Source: Macrostomum hystrix (taxonomy: Eukaryota > Animalia > Platyhelminthes). From it: 64,000 nucleotides of DNA. A program made the position numbers and the translations under genes. How positions within the stretch are numbered: position 1 is the stretch's first letter; each line of letters opens with the position of its first letter. A model generated the notes under the pieces. It saw nothing but the letters and a program-made list of their open reading frames with translations. It searched no databases and had not been told where the DNA came from. Of this stretch, positions 39,041-53,200 are shown one piece after another. Where the stretch lies: assembly GCA_950097015.1 (NCBI GenBank), contig CATNEN010000039.1, forward strand, positions 6,758,001 through 6,822,000. Reading direction: 5' to 3'.

Positions 39041-39378
39041 CTTGCTACCTCCATGCTTCTTTGCAATTCGAAGACAGAATAGTAAAAATACACCTAAACA
39101 AGTGCCCGCATAAGGTTACAACAGAGCTGAAGACTTGGCCAGACAATCCAACGACCAAAGTGTGAGGAAAACAGTGTATTTCATTTACAACAGGTGGATA
39201 GCAAACAAACTCAAGCAGGCAAGAAGGAAGTCATTTAACAATCGAAACTATTTCCAGCCGGTGAAACAGCACAAAATTAAGCAGAAAAATGCTATCGTTT
39301 AGTTTGTTGCCTCGAAAACTCGAATTCAAGGATTTAGCATCTCGCGACTGATTGACAGGGCGTTGCTAGTTACGGCGG

Positions 39379-39963
39379 CTACTGCATCTGCAGATGAGGC
39401 GGAGCGCTAAGCACTGGCTGAGCTGATGCCATAATCATTCCCGGTGGTAGATTGACGGGAGGATAAATACTCGAAGGAGGCGGCGGCAACTGCTGCTGCT
39501 GATTGACTCCAATTGAAACGCTAGCCGCAGCGGCGGCTCCATCTTCGCCGGGTGGCTTACCGACGGTCCTAGCCGGCGGCGACTTCGGCCGCAGCCGTTC
39601 GATCTCCTCGGTGCAGCCGGTCAAGTGGCCGTTCTGCTGGTCACGCGTGAAGTAGCCGGAGTAGATGCCGGCGTCGAAGTTTGAGGCGGCCAGCTCCGGG
39701 CCTAGCGACAGCCAGCCCTTGCGAACCGTGTCGTCGCGAGCGAACAGATGCAGGCGACGGCGGCCCAGGCAGAAGTGCTCGATGATGTTGAATAGCTCAG
39801 GCGGGTGCGCCTTCTGGCCCCAGCCTGGCTCCTCGTGCATGATCAGGTCGATGTCAACATTGGCGTGGATGAAGTCGCCGTCAGTGGAGCGACGCACGGT
39901 GCCTTTGATGCCCATCAGGCAGTGCTCCTTGGTGGGCTGGAACAGTGCCGTCTCCGCCTCCAC
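39379..39963 (-). CDS. METTL14: METTL14 exon 4 ([55 protein letters not shown])
   Basis: Diagnostic METTL14 sequence; CAG acceptor; TAG stop. Confidence 0.96.
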   Translation of the reverse strand: MEAETALFQPTKEHCLMGIKGTVRRSTDGDFIHANVDIDLIMHEEPGWGQKAHPPELFNIIEHFCLGRRRLHLFARDDTVRKGWLSLGPELAASNFDAGIYSGYFTRDQQNGHLTGCTEEIERLRPKSPPARTVGKPPGEDGAAAAASVSIGVNQQQQLPPPPSSIYPPVNLPPGMIMASAQPVLSAPPHLQMQ

Positions 39964-40992
39964 CTGCGGCCAATCAGATATCGAAGGGGAGTGGAATAAT
40001 TAAGCTACGAACCAATCACAAAACATGTGAGGCAGCGAATAATTAGGACCTTTTCTTATTTGAATTCTCGCCACTTTTCTTCCACCCACCCAAATTTCGG
40101 TGTATAATTATAGAGAGAAATAAATTGTAGAAAGACAACCGGTACGATCTAGACAACCTGGAAGCGATTCCAACTCCTAGCAACTTTCCCCGTTCTGCTC
40201 CAGAATTGTGCTCGCTACCAAATAAACCGAGTTCCTTTTTAGTTATTTTCTAATAGGAGTAAACGGATAAATCCCTTTACCTTCCCGATTCTCTCCCAAG
40301 GACCACTCATCAGCCTTCTTCACCCAAATCCCCCTATTATATGACCCTTTTGAAAACCCAATATACCGCCCTGAATCCCACCTATAAAAGTTCACCTGAA
40401 GTCTGCCCGAAGTCCACCTGAGGCTCCTTAAATACACCCCTGAAGTCCCAAAACTCCGCCTTAATCCCCTAAAGAAACTGTACTAATCCCGGACCCCATA
40501 GAGGAAAGAAAGTGAGAGTGCGAAGGACTTTCACCAGGCATCTTTGATCCATCCTGATACGCCCCACGGACTGTGTGACACCTTAGCCCTCGTGCCAGCA
40601 GCAGTAAATTCCTCTCCCATTGTTAGTAGCTGGTGTCTTGCCGCTCGGGCATTAGCGCTACCTCAGGTATAACCCGAACTGCGTGGAAAATACTTATCCC
40701 CACCTTCATAACTTACACTACCATCCCCCCCAATACTCAGCTCACCAACCCCAAATCCAACAAATAGAGAGAGAGAGAGAGCTGAGAGGTCTGCTACACA
40801 TGAAAATCCGGGAAAATCCCACATTCCAAAACGTTCACTCAATGTGGGCTGTTTCTGAGAACTGATTGTGCAGTAGGTGCCGAAAATAGTTTAAAACGAC
40901 GTCCACTTCTGATTCAAGTGTCATAGTTGGAATAAATCTAGCAATGCCCGTTGAGAAACAGGAGATGAGACAGTTGTAGAAAAGCGCATTAC

Positions 40993-41296
40993 CAGTTTGT
41001 GACCCGGTCGGCCTTTGTTAGTCTTGATCCAGCAAATGTCCTCGCAGCGGCGGTAGCCCCACTTGCGAAGGCAGCGCCGGCCGTGCTCAAGGCTCTCGCC
41101 GTTGCCGCACCAGAGCCAGACGAAGGAGCGCGGCGCAGAGATGTCCTCAATCTGCAGTCGCTCAATTTCGTCCCAGGACCAGTAGCGAGGAAAATAGACG
41201 CCGTGCGAACGATTATACTCCTCTAGCGGCGGCTCAATTAGGATAGCGTCAAATTTGCAGTTGAGATCGTTCAGGTTAAAGGTGAGCAATTCGCAC
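40993..41296 (-). CDS. METTL14: METTL14 exon 3 (KFDAILIEPPLEEY..CLRKWGYRRCEDICWIKTN)
   Basis: EPPL pseudo-catalytic motif of METTL14 (DPPW in METTL3). Confidence 0.96.
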
Positions 41297-41444
41297 CTGT
41301 TCGGACGTGAGAAAAGCGACTGGAATAAAAAACTTTCTTTTAAAACTCCAGAACAAGGACTATTAACAAAGAAAGACAATTTATTGTGGGGCATGTGAGA
41401 CAGCTGAACTAATTGGGTAGATTGTATTATAGAGGTCTACTATA

Positions 41445-42445
41445 GCATTTTGCGGTCTAGTTGGGACAGCGGGCTTTTAAATTGGACACAGAGTTGTCTG
41501 CTGCTCCAACCAGCGACTGCTGTCTATGGCCAACTCTAAAAGACACACACGGGCTTTAATCCACCAGGCCAGTTGATGGCGACGTAGCCAGAATGAGGTT
41601 GAAGGTTGACAGATGGGCTCTTCTGGGTGTGAACGTTCTTTCGAACTCGTGTTCCACGAACACTTCTGCCGAAGCCGCGTCGAGTCCAGACTCCGTAGCC
41701 GGATTCATCGAGGTGCACCAGCTCGACGAACGGTGGTAGGTTGACCAACAATTGAGCGAAATCCTGCCTCTTTGCTTTGTTCTCTTCTGTGTTTCGTGAC
41801 TCGGGAACGTCACCTTCCCTCGAAGGACACTTCATGGTGAAAAGATGTCCATCCAATGATCGTGATATCGTTGAAAGGTCGACACTCTCCAGGGTATCAT
41901 GAAACCCAGCCAGCAGGGCAGTGCGCAGCTGCTGCAACGTGAGAAACGGGTTGTCCTCCACCGCAGCTAGCAGAAAGTCATTCATAGGCTCGGTGAGCTT
42001 TCGATTCTTGGTTCCACCCATGGGCAGTGCATGGCGTCTCCCTTCCAAATCAAAGGCGTGGCAGATGTTGTACACGGAGGTTCGCTTGATGTCCAGCATT
42101 CGAGAAATTTCGCTCACTGGCTCACCTCTTTGCCAGGCTTGAATAACGAGGTCTCTTTTTTCTCGAGTTATTTTAGCGTACGCAGGATTCTCCATTGAGT
42201 CTCTTGATTACGAACAGTAAAATGGTGTCAACATGTTTGCGCAGCCAAATTTAAAAGCCTGTTTGTTTTTATTGGATTTAGCCATAGACAAGTGTTTGAA
42301 TGTCTAAATTGAAAGCCCGCTTGTCTAATTTAAAAGCCAGTGTGTGTCTTTTAGAGTTGGCCATAGACAGCAGTCGCTGGTTGGAGCAGCAGACAACTCA
42401 GTGTCCAATTTAAAAGCCCGCTGTCCCAACTAGACCGCAAGATAC
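41445..42445 (-). mobile_element. IS630/Tc1/mariner-superfamily DNA transposon, 1.0 kb, internally deleted, in METTL14 intron 2
   Basis: ~110-bp near-perfect TIRs; TA on both sides (41443-41444, 42446-42447); transposase ORF inside. Confidence 0.92.
41536..42195 (-). pseudogene. Truncated IS630-like transposase (HTH region and first catalytic Asp, LVHLDESG)
   Basis: 219-aa ORF; second D and E of the triad missing; ORF runs into the TIR. Confidence 0.8.
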
Positions 42446-42709
42446 TACAACAACAAAACACGTGCTATTCTAGCTTAGACAATTAAAAAAACTCTGGTTG
42501 CCTTTGGTTTTATCTTTTACAAAAGTTATTTATAGTATTGAGAATTCTAGGTGCTCAATGGTGCAAACCGAAGGCCGTAACAACAGAAAACACTAGCAAT
42601 AACACTGATTATTTGCGTAAAGATTCAGGTAAAAAGTTTGTCAAAATGACTCTTGCAATGTGCCCTATGGTGTACCATGGGGTACATATGGTATAATATC
42701 CCTACTCAC

Positions 42710-43035
42710 TTGTGATACATTGGCGGCGTGGCCGTCTCCTTCACCAGCTCGTCCTTCAATCGGATCAGTTCGCGCAATTTCGGATATTCTACGAAACGAT
42801 TCTCTAAGCCGGCGTCGCGAATGAAATTCTGCGGCCTCAGGCCTGAATCGACAAAGTGCTGGCTGTAATCGTTGTGCGGATTGGCCGACTGGGTGCCCTT
42901 CAGGAAGATATTCTTGAAGTCGGCAGGATTCCTAGTATTGCCGGCCGCATCCTGAGTCGATAGCAAGCTGGCCGCCTGTGTGCGAAAATGCGGCTTGCTA
43001 AATATAGCTTCTGAACCTATAGACACGTGAAGAAC
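42710..43035 (-). CDS. METTL14: METTL14 exon 2 ([45 protein letters not shown])
   Basis: Diagnostic motif; polyT-AG acceptor in phase 0, GTGAG donor in phase 2. Confidence 0.95.
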
Positions 43036-43164
43036 CTAAAAAAACTGAATATTTACCATTAAAAGCGTGGTGATCGCGTTTGACCATGTTTGGTCATAAA
43101 TTATCGTGAAATTTCTTAGTTTTTAAGATTTCGATAATACTCGAAATATAAAATAGTAACAGAT

Positions 43165-43440
43165 TAAAACCTGCGACAAGCAGTCAGGCCAGATAGCACA
43201 ACCGCAGGCATTGCCGGGCGCATCTGAAGGCAGCGTACTAGCTGTTCAGTCCATGGACTGGGGGAAGCCACACCCACACCTAATTACCCCAGCTAATGCT
43301 GATATCTATTTAATTTCTGGGTGAACTGAAGCAATGCTGAGTTAATTGTGTCTTGCAAAAGGACACAAATCGTTCCACTGGAGTCCGAAATCGAACCCCC
43401 GACCTTTAAGTCGTGAGTTCTGATGATGCTCTAACTACTC
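43165..43440 (-). mobile_element. tRNA-derived SINE copy
   Basis: Same family as 38725-39040. Confidence 0.8.
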
Positions 43441-43498
43441 CGCTGGATTTGGAAGACTTCGACCAAAACCTGATGAAACAGGCGCCATTTTAACTCAC

Positions 43499-44014
43499 AA
43501 CTTCCTCCGCTGTCTTTTGCACCTCGACGGCCGAGTCGCCACCGACACTCTGCAATCGGCTGTGACGCAACAGCTGCGGCTGCTTGTGAAATGCCAGCTG
43601 CGCGGAGGCCGTCATTGTCGTTGCCGAGGTTGGCGCAGCAGTAGCCGACTTTGCCATTGAAGAAGTCGCCACTCTGAATGAAGAACGCTGCCGCAGCAGT
43701 GGCGGTGGCGGTGGGGCAGCCGATCGACGAATTCCTACAACGTAGGCCTCGGGATCGAAGCCAGCCTTGCCCAACGCCCTGGACAGCTGACCCGGGTGCA
43801 CCAGGCCGAACAGGTGTGCCAGCGAGTGCCGCCGAATGGCCTGACGCTGTCGCAAATGTCGCAGCCAGCGTCGACGAGTGCGCTGCAACTGTCGAGCGGC
43901 TTCAGCAGGCGACGAGTCGACATCGTTGGGTTGTTGACTGCCGACGTCAGCATCGTCTTTTGGTTTGTCGATTGTCGGCGGTGGAGGCATCTGGCATTTC
44001 GGATCCATTGACAT
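43499..44014 (-). CDS. METTL14: METTL14 exon 1 (divergent N-terminus); whole protein ~576 aa
   Basis: ATG at 44014; basic helix LRQRQAIRRHSLAHLFG resembles the METTL14 N-terminal helix; GTGAGT donor in phase 0. Confidence 0.75.
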
Positions 44015-44274
44015 GCTTAACTATTATAGTAGCTGAATCAGTAAAAATGACCCCTGATCGTTAGCTGAACTCTCTTCAAATTTTTGCCGCTTCCGTCGAC
44101 GTTGTCAATGTCAACGTGCCAAGCTTGCTGGCTTTGTTAGTTTTTGTCTGAAGCAAAATATTATTTAGTAACGCTAGAAGACAGTGCCAACAGTTTTAAA
44201 TCTTAAGTGGCAGTGGCAGTAGTACAGTACAATACTATCAAGCTGACAGTCGAGGCGACAAATATCTGTGTACA

Positions 44275-47200
44275 TCTGATAGGATTTGACTAGGGAAATA
44301 CCGAAGCATCTGATTGGATCTGAATGGGGAAATACCGAAGCATCTGATGGGATATAAATGGGGAAATACTGAAGCATCTGATGGGATCTGAATGGGGAAA
44401 TAATGAAGCATCCGTTAGGATCTGAATGGGGAAATAATGAAGCATCCGTTAGGATCTGAATGGGGAAATAATGAAGCATCTGATGGGATATGAATGGGGA
44501 AATACTGAAGCATCTGATGGGATCTGAATGGGGAAATAATGAAGCATCCGTTAGGATCTGAATGGGGAAATAATGAAGCATCCGTTAGGATCTGAATGGG
44601 GAAATAATGAAGCATCCGTTAGGATCTGAATGGGGAAATAATGAAGCATCCGTTAGGATCTGAATGGGGAAATAATGAAGCATCTGATGGGATCTGATTA
44701 GGGAAATACTGAAGCAATCGATAGAGTCTGATTAGGGAAATACTGAAGCATCTGATGGGATCTGATTAGGGAAATACTGAAGCATCTGATGGGATCTGAT
44801 TAGGGAAATACTGAAGCAATCGATAGGGTCTGATTAGGGAAATACTGAAGCAATCGATAAGGTCTGATTAGGGAAATACTGAAGCAATCGATAGAGTCTG
44901 ATTAGTGAAATACTGTAGCAATCGATAGAGTCTGATTAGGGAAATACTGAAGCAATCGATAGGGTCTGATTAGGGAAATACTAAAGCAATCGATAGAGTC
45001 TGATTAGGGAAATGCTGAAGCAATCGATAGAGTCTGATTAGTGAAATACTAAAGCAATCGATAGAGTCTGATTAGGGAAATGCTGAAGCAATCGATAGAG
45101 TCTGATTAGTGAAATACTAAAGCAATCGATAGAGTCTGATTAGGGAAATACTGAAGCAATCGATAGAGTCTGATTAGGGAAATGCTGAAGCAATCGATAG
45201 GGTCTGATTAGGGAAATACTAAAGCAATCGATAGAGTCTGATTAGGGAAATGCTGAAGCAATCGATAGGGTCTGATTAGTGAAATGCTGAAGCAATCGAT
45301 AGAGTCTGATTAGGGAAATACTGAAGCAATCGATAGAGTCTGATTAGTGAAATACTAAAGCAATCGATAGAGTCTGATTAGGGAAATACTGAAGCAATCG
45401 ATAGAGTCTGATTAGGGAAATGCTGAAGCAATCGATAGGGTCTGATTAGGGAAATACTAAAGCAATCGATAGAGTCTGATTAGGGAAATGCTGAAGCAAT
45501 CGATAGGGTCTGATTAGTGAAATGCTGAAGCAATCGATAGAGTCTGATTAGGGAAATACTGAAGCAATCGATAGAGTCTGATTAGTGAAATACTAAAGCA
45601 ATCGATAGAGTTTGATTAGGGAAATACTAAAGCAATCGATAGAGTCTGATTAGGGAAATGCTGAAGCAATCGATAGAGTCTGATTAGTGAAATACTAAAG
45701 CAATCGATAGAGTTTGATTAGGGAAATACTAAAGCAATCGATAGAGTTTGATTAGGGAAATACTGAAGCAATCGATAGAGTCTGATTAGTGAAATACTGA
45801 AGCAATCGATAGAGTTTGATTAGGGAAATACTGAAGCAATCGATAGAGTTTGACTAGGGAAATACTGAAGCAATCGATAGGGCCTGATTAGGGAAATACT
45901 GTAGCAATCGATAGGGTCTGATTAGTGAAATGCTGAAGCAATCGATAGAGTCTGATTAGGGAAATACTGAAGCAATCGATAGAGTCTGATTAGTGAAATA
46001 CTAAAGCAATCGATAGAGTTTGATTAGGGAAATACTAAAGCAATCGATAGAGACTGATTAGGGAAATGCTGAAGCAATCGATAGAGTCTGATTAGTGAAA
46101 TACTAAAGCAATCGATAGAGTTTGATTAGGGAAATACTGAAGCAATCGATAGGGTCTGATTAGGGAAATACTGAAGCAATCAATAGGGTCTGATTAGGGA
46201 AATACTGTAGCAATCGATAGGGTCTGATTAGGGAAATACTGAAGCAATCGATAGAGTTTGATTAGGGAAATACTGAAGCAATCGATAGAGTCTGATTAGG
46301 GAAATACTGTAGCAATCGATAGGGCCTGATTAGGGAAATACTAAAGCATCTGATGGGATCTGAATGGGGAAATAATGAAGCATCCGTTAGGATCTGAATG
46401 GGGAAATAATGAAGCATCCGTTAGGATCTGAATGGGGAAATAATGAAGCATCCGTTAGGATCTGAATGGGGAAATAATGAAGCATCTGATGGGATCTGAT
46501 TAGGGAAATACTGAAGCAATCGATAGAGTCTGATTAGGGAAATACTGAAGCATCTGATGGGATCTGATTAGGGAAATACTGAAGCATCTGATGGGATCTG
46601 ATTAGGGAAATACTGAAGCAATCGATAGGGTCTGATTAGGGAAATACTGAAGCAATCGATAGAGTCTGATTAGGGAAATACTGAAGCAATCGATAAGGTC
46701 TGATTAGGGAAATACTGAAGCAATCGATAGAGTCTGATTAGTGAAATACTGTAGCAATCGATAGAGTCTGATTAGGGAAATACTGAAGCAATCGATAGAG
46801 TCTGATTAGTGAAATACTGTAGCAATCGATAGAGTCTGATTAGTGAAATACTAAAGCAATCGATAGAGTCTGATTAGGGAAATGCTGAAGCAATCGATAG
46901 AGTCTGATTAGTGAAATACTAAAGCAATCGATAGAGTCTGATTAGGGAAATACTGAAGCAATCGATAGAGTCTGATTAGGGAAATGCTGAAGCAATCGAT
47001 AGGGTCTGATTAGGGAAATACTAAAGCAATCGATAGAGTCTGATTAGGGAAATGCTGAAGCAATCGATAGGGTCTGATTAGTGAAATGCTGAAGCAATCG
47101 ATAGAGTCTGATTAGGGAAATACTGAAGCAATCGATAGAGTCTGATTAGTGAAATACTAAAGCAATCGATAGAGTTTGATTAGGGAAATACTAAAGCAAT

Positions 47201-50200
47201 CGATAGAGTCTGATTGGGGAAATGCTGAAGCAATCGATAGAGTCTGATTAGTGAAATACTAAAGCAATCGATAGAGTCTGATTAGGGAAATACTAAAGCA
47301 ATCGATAGAGTTTGATTAGGGAAATACTGAAGCAATCGATAGAGTCTGATTAGTGAAATACTGAAGCAATCGATAGAGTTTGATTAGGGAAATACTGAAG
47401 CAATCGATAGAGTTTGATTAGGGAAATACTGAAGCAATCGATAGGGCCTGATTAGGGAAATACTGTAGCAATCGATAGGGTCTGATTAGTGAAATGCTGA
47501 AGCAATCGATAGAGTCTGATTAGGGAAATACTGAAGCAATCGATAGAGTCTGATTAGTGAAATACTAAAGCAATCGATAGAGTTTGATTAGGGAAATACT
47601 AAAGCAATCGATAGAGTCTGATTAGGGAAATGCTGAAGCAATCGATAGAGTCTGATTAGTGAAATACTAAAGCAATCGATAGAGTTTGATTAGGGAAATA
47701 CTGAAGCAATCGATAGGGTCTGATTAGGGAAATACTGAAGCAATCAATAGGGTCTGATTAGGGAAATACTGTAGCAATCGATAGGGTCTGATTAGGGAAA
47801 TACTGAAGCAATCGATAGAGTTTGATTAGGGAAATACTGAAGCAATCGATAGAGTCTGATTAGGGAAATACTATAGCAATCGATAGGGCCAGATTAGGGA
47901 AATACTGTAGCAATCGATAGAGTCTGATTAGGGAAATACTGAAGCAATCGATAGGGCCTGATTAGGGAAATACTGTAGCAATCGATAGAGTCTGATTAGG
48001 GAAATACTGAAGCAATCGATAGGGTCTGATTAGGGAAATACTGAAGCAATCGATAGAGTCTGATTAGGGAAATACTAAAGCAATCGATAGAGTCTGATTA
48101 GGGAAATACTGAAGCATCTGATGGGATCTGATTAGGGAAATACTGAAGCAATCGATAGGGTCTGATTAGGGAAATACTGAAGCAATCGATAAGGTCTGAT
48201 TAGGGAAATACTGAAGCCATCGATAGAGTCTGATTAGTGAAATACTGTAGCAATCGATAGAGTCTGATTAGGGAAATACTGAAGCAATCGATAGGGTCTG
48301 ATTAGGGAAATACTAAAGCAATCGATAGAGTCTGATTAGGGAAATGCTGAAGCAATCGATAGAGTCTGATTAGTGAAATACTAAAGCAATCGATAGAGTC
48401 TGATTAGGGAAATGCTGAAGCAATCGATAGAGTCTGATTAGTGAAATACTAAAGCAATCGATAGAGTCTGATTAGGGAAATACTGTAGCAATCGATAGAG
48501 TCTGATTAGGGAAATGCTGAAGCAATCGATAGGGTCTGATTAGGGAAATACTAAAGCAATCGATAGAGTCTGATTAGGGAAATGCTGAAGCAATCGATAG
48601 GGTCTGATTAGTGAAATGCTGAAGCAATCGATAGAGTCTGATTAGGGAAATACTGAAGCAATCGATAGAGTCTGATTAGTGAAATACTAAAGCAATCGAT
48701 AGAGTCTGATTAGGGAAATACTGAAGCAATCGATAGAGTCTGATTAGGGAAATGCTGAAGCAATCGATAGGGTCTGATTAGGGAAATACTAAAGCAATCG
48801 ATAGAGTCTGATTAGGGAAATGCTGAAGCAATCGATAGGGTCTGATTAGTGAAATGCTGAAGCAATCGATAGAGTCTGATTAGGGAAATACTGAAGCAAT
48901 CGATAGAGTCTGATTAGTGAAATACTAAAGCAATCGATAGAGTTTGATTAGGGAAATACTAAAGCAATCGATAGAGTCTGATTAGGGAAATGCTGAAGCA
49001 ATCGATAGAGTCTGATTAGTGAAATACTAAAGCAATCGATAGAGTTTGATTAGGGAAATACTAAAGCAATCGATAGAGTTTGATTAGGGAAATACTGAAG
49101 CAATCGATAGAGTCTGATTAGTGAAATACTGAAGCAATCGATAGAGTTTGATTAGGGAAATACTGAAGCAATCGATAGAGTTTGACTAGGGAAATACTGA
49201 AGCAATCGATAGGGCCTGATTAGGGAAATACTGTAGCAATCGATAGGGTCTGATTAGTGAAATGCTGAAGCAATCGATAGAGTCTGATTAGGGAAATACT
49301 GAAGCAATCGATAGAGTCTGATTAGTGAAATACTAAAGCAATCGATAGAGTTTGATTAGGGAAATACTAAAGCAATCGATAGAGACTGATTAGGGAAATG
49401 CTGAAGCAATCGATAGAGTCTGATTAGTGAAATACTAAAGCAATCGATAGAGTTTGATTAGGGAAATACTGAAGCAATCGATAGGGTCTGATTAGGGAAA
49501 TACTGAAGCAATCAATTGGGTCTGATTAGGGAAATACTGTAGCAATCGATAGGGTCTGATTAGGGAAATACTGAAGCAATCGATAGAGTTTGATTAGGGA
49601 AATACTGAAGCAATCGATAGAGTCTGATTAGGGAAATACTGTAGCAATCGATAGGGCCTGATTAGGGAAATACTAAAGCATCTGATGGGATCTGAATGGG
49701 GAAATAATGAAGCATCCGTTAGGATCTGAATGGGGAAATAATGAAGCATCCGTTAGGATCTGAATGGGGAAATAATGAAGCATCCGTTAGGATCTGAATG
49801 GGGAAATAATGAAGCATCTGATGGGATCTGATTAGGGAAATACTGAAGCAATCGATAGAGTCTGATTAGGGAAATACTGAAGCATCTGATGGGATCTGAT
49901 TAGGGAAATACTGAAGCATCTGATGGGATCTGATTAGGGAAATACTGAAGCAATCGATAGGGTCTGATTAGGGAAATACTGAAGCAATCGATAGAGTCTG
50001 ATTAGGGAAATACTGAAGCAATCGATAAGGTCTGATTAGGGAAATACTGAAGCAATCGATAGAGTCTGATTAGTGAAATACTGTAGCAATCGATAGAGTC
50101 TGATTAGGGAAATACTGAAGCAATCGATAGAGTCTGATTAGTGAAATACTGTAGCAATCGATAGAGTCTGATTAGTGAAATACTAAAGCAATCGATAGAG

Positions 50201-53200
50201 TCTGATTAGGGAAATGCTGAAGCAATCGATAGAGTCTGATTAGTGAAATACTAAAGCAATCGATAAGGTCTGATTAGGGAAATACTGAAGCCATCGATAG
50301 AGTCTGATTAGTGAAATACTGTAGCAATCGATAGAGTCTGATTAGGGAAATACTGAAGCAATCGATAGGGTCTGATTAGGGAAATACTAAAGCAATCGAT
50401 AGAGTCTGATTAGGGAAATGCTGAAGCAATCGATAGAGTCTGATTAGTGAAATACTAAAGCAATCGATAGAGTCTGATTAGGGAAATGCTGAAGCAATCG
50501 ATAGAGTCTGATTAGTGAAATACTAAAGCAATCGATAGAGTCTGATTAGGGAAATACTGTAGCAATCGATAGAGTCTGATTAGGGAAATGCTGAAGCAAT
50601 CGATAGGGTCTGATAAGGGAAATACTAAAGCAATCGATAGAGTCTGATTAGGGAAATGCTGAAGCAATCGATAGGGTCTGATTAGTGAAATGCTGAAGCA
50701 ATCGATAGAGTCTGATTAGGGAAATACTGAAGCAATCGATAGAGTCTGATTAGTGAAATACTAAAGCAATCGATAGAGTCTGATTAGGGAAATACTGAAG
50801 CAATCGATAGAGTCTGATTAGGGAAATGCTGAAGCAATCGATAGGGTCTGATTAGGGAAATACTAAAGCAATCGATAGAGTCTGATTAGGGAAATGCTGA
50901 AGCAATCGATAGGGTCTGATTAGTGAAATGCTGAAGCAATCGATAGAGTCTGATTAGGGAAATACTGAAGCAATCGATAGAGTCTGATTAGTGAAATACT
51001 AAAGCAATCGATAGAGTTTGATTAGGGAAATACTAAAGCAATCGATAGAGTCTGATTAGGGAAATGCTGAAGCAATCGATAGAGTCTGATTAGTGAAATA
51101 CTAAAGCAATCGATAGAGTTTGATTAGGGAAATACTAAAGCAATCGATAGAGTTTGATTAGGGAAATACTGAAGCAATCGATAGAGTCTGATTAGTGAAA
51201 TACTGAAGCAATCGATAGAGTTTGATTAGGGAAATACTGAAGCAATCGATAGAGTTTGACTAGGGAAATACTGAAGCAATCGATAGGGCCTGATTAGGGA
51301 AATACTGTAGCAATCGATAGGGTCTGATTAGTGAAATGCTGAAGCAATCGATAGAGTCTGATTAGGGAAATACTGAAGCAATCGATAGAGTCTGATTAGT
51401 GAAATACTAAAGCAATCGATAGAGTTTGATTAGGGAAATACTAAAGCAATCGATAGAGACTGATTAGGGAAATGCTGAAGCAATCGATAGAGTCTGATTA
51501 GTGAAATACTAAAGCAATCGATAGAGTTTGATTAGGGAAATACTGAAGCAATCGATAGGGTCTGATTAGGGAAATACTGAAGCAATCAATTGGGTCTGAT
51601 TAGGGAAATACTGTAGCAATCGATAGGGTCTGATTAGTGAAATACTAAAGCAATCGATAGAGTCTGATTAGGGAAATGCTGAAGCAATCGATAGAGTCTG
51701 ATTAGTGAAATACTAAAGCAATCGATAGAGTCTGATTAGGGAAATACTGTAGCAATCGATAGAGTCTGATTAGGGAAATGCTGAAGCAATCGATAGGGTC
51801 TGATTAGGGAAATACTAAAGCAATCGATAGAGTCTGATTAGGGAAATGCTGAAGCAATCGATAGGGTCTGATTAGTGAAATGCTGAAGCAATCGATAGAG
51901 TCTGATTAGGGAAATACTGAAGCAATCGATAGAGTCTGATTAGTGAAATACTAAAGCAATCGATAGAGTCTGATTAGGGAAATACTGAAGCAATCGATAG
52001 AGTCTGATTAGGGAAATGCTGAAGCAATCGATAGGGTCTGATTAGGGAAATACTAAAGCAATCGATAGAGTCTGATTAGGGAAATGCTGAAGCAATCGAT
52101 AGGGTCTGATTAGTGAAATGCTGAAGCAATCGATAGAGTCTGATTAGGGAAATACTGAAGCAATCGATAGAGTCTGATTAGTGAAATACTAAAGCAATCG
52201 ATAGAGTTTGATTAGGGAAATACTAAAGCAATCGATAGAGTCTGATTAGGGAAATGCTGAAGCAATCGATAGAGTCTGATTAGTGAAATACTAAAGCAAT
52301 CGATAGAGTTTGATTAGGGAAATACTAAAGCAATCGATAGAGTTTGATTAGGGAAATACTGAAGCAATCGATAGAGTCTGATTAGTGAAATACTGAAGCA
52401 ATCGATAGAGTTTGATTAGGGAAATACTGAAGCAATCGATAGAGTTTGACTAGGGAAATACTGAAGCAATCGATAGGGCCTGATTAGGGAAATACTGTAG
52501 CAATCGATAGGGTCTGATTAGTGAAATGCTGAAGCAATCGATAGAGTCTGATTAGGGAAATACTGAAGCAATCGATAGAGTCTGATTAGTGAAATACTAA
52601 AGCAATCGATAGAGTTTGATTAGGGAAATACTAAAGCAATCGATAGAGACTGATTAGGGAAATGCTGAAGCAATCGATAGAGTCTGATTAGTGAAATACT
52701 AAAGCAATCGATAGAGTTTGATTAGGGAAATACTGAAGCAATCGATAGGGTCTGATTAGGGAAATACTGAAGCAATCAATTGGGTCTGATTAGGGAAATA
52801 CTGTAGCAATCGATAGGGTCTGATTAGGGAAATACTGAAGCAATCGATAGAGTTTGATTAGGGAAATACTGAAGCAATCGATAGAGTCTGATTAGGGAAA
52901 TACTGTAGCAATCGATAGGGCCTGATTAGGGAAATACTAAAGCATCTGATGGGATCTGAATGGGGAAATAATGAAGCATCCGTTAGGATCTGAATGGGGA
53001 AATAATGAAGCATCCGTTAGGATCTGAATGGGGAAATAATGAAGCATCCGTTAGGATCTGAATGGGGAAATAATGAAGCATCTGATGGGATCTGATTAGG
53101 GAAATACTGAAGCAATCGATAGAGTCTGATTAGGGAAATACTGAAGCATCTGATGGGATCTGATTAGGGAAATACTGAAGCATCTGATGGGATCTGATTA

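Noticed and set aside
43465-43490. CTGATGA..GAAAC hammerhead-like core
   Set aside because: The motifs overlap with no stem II and no flanking helices
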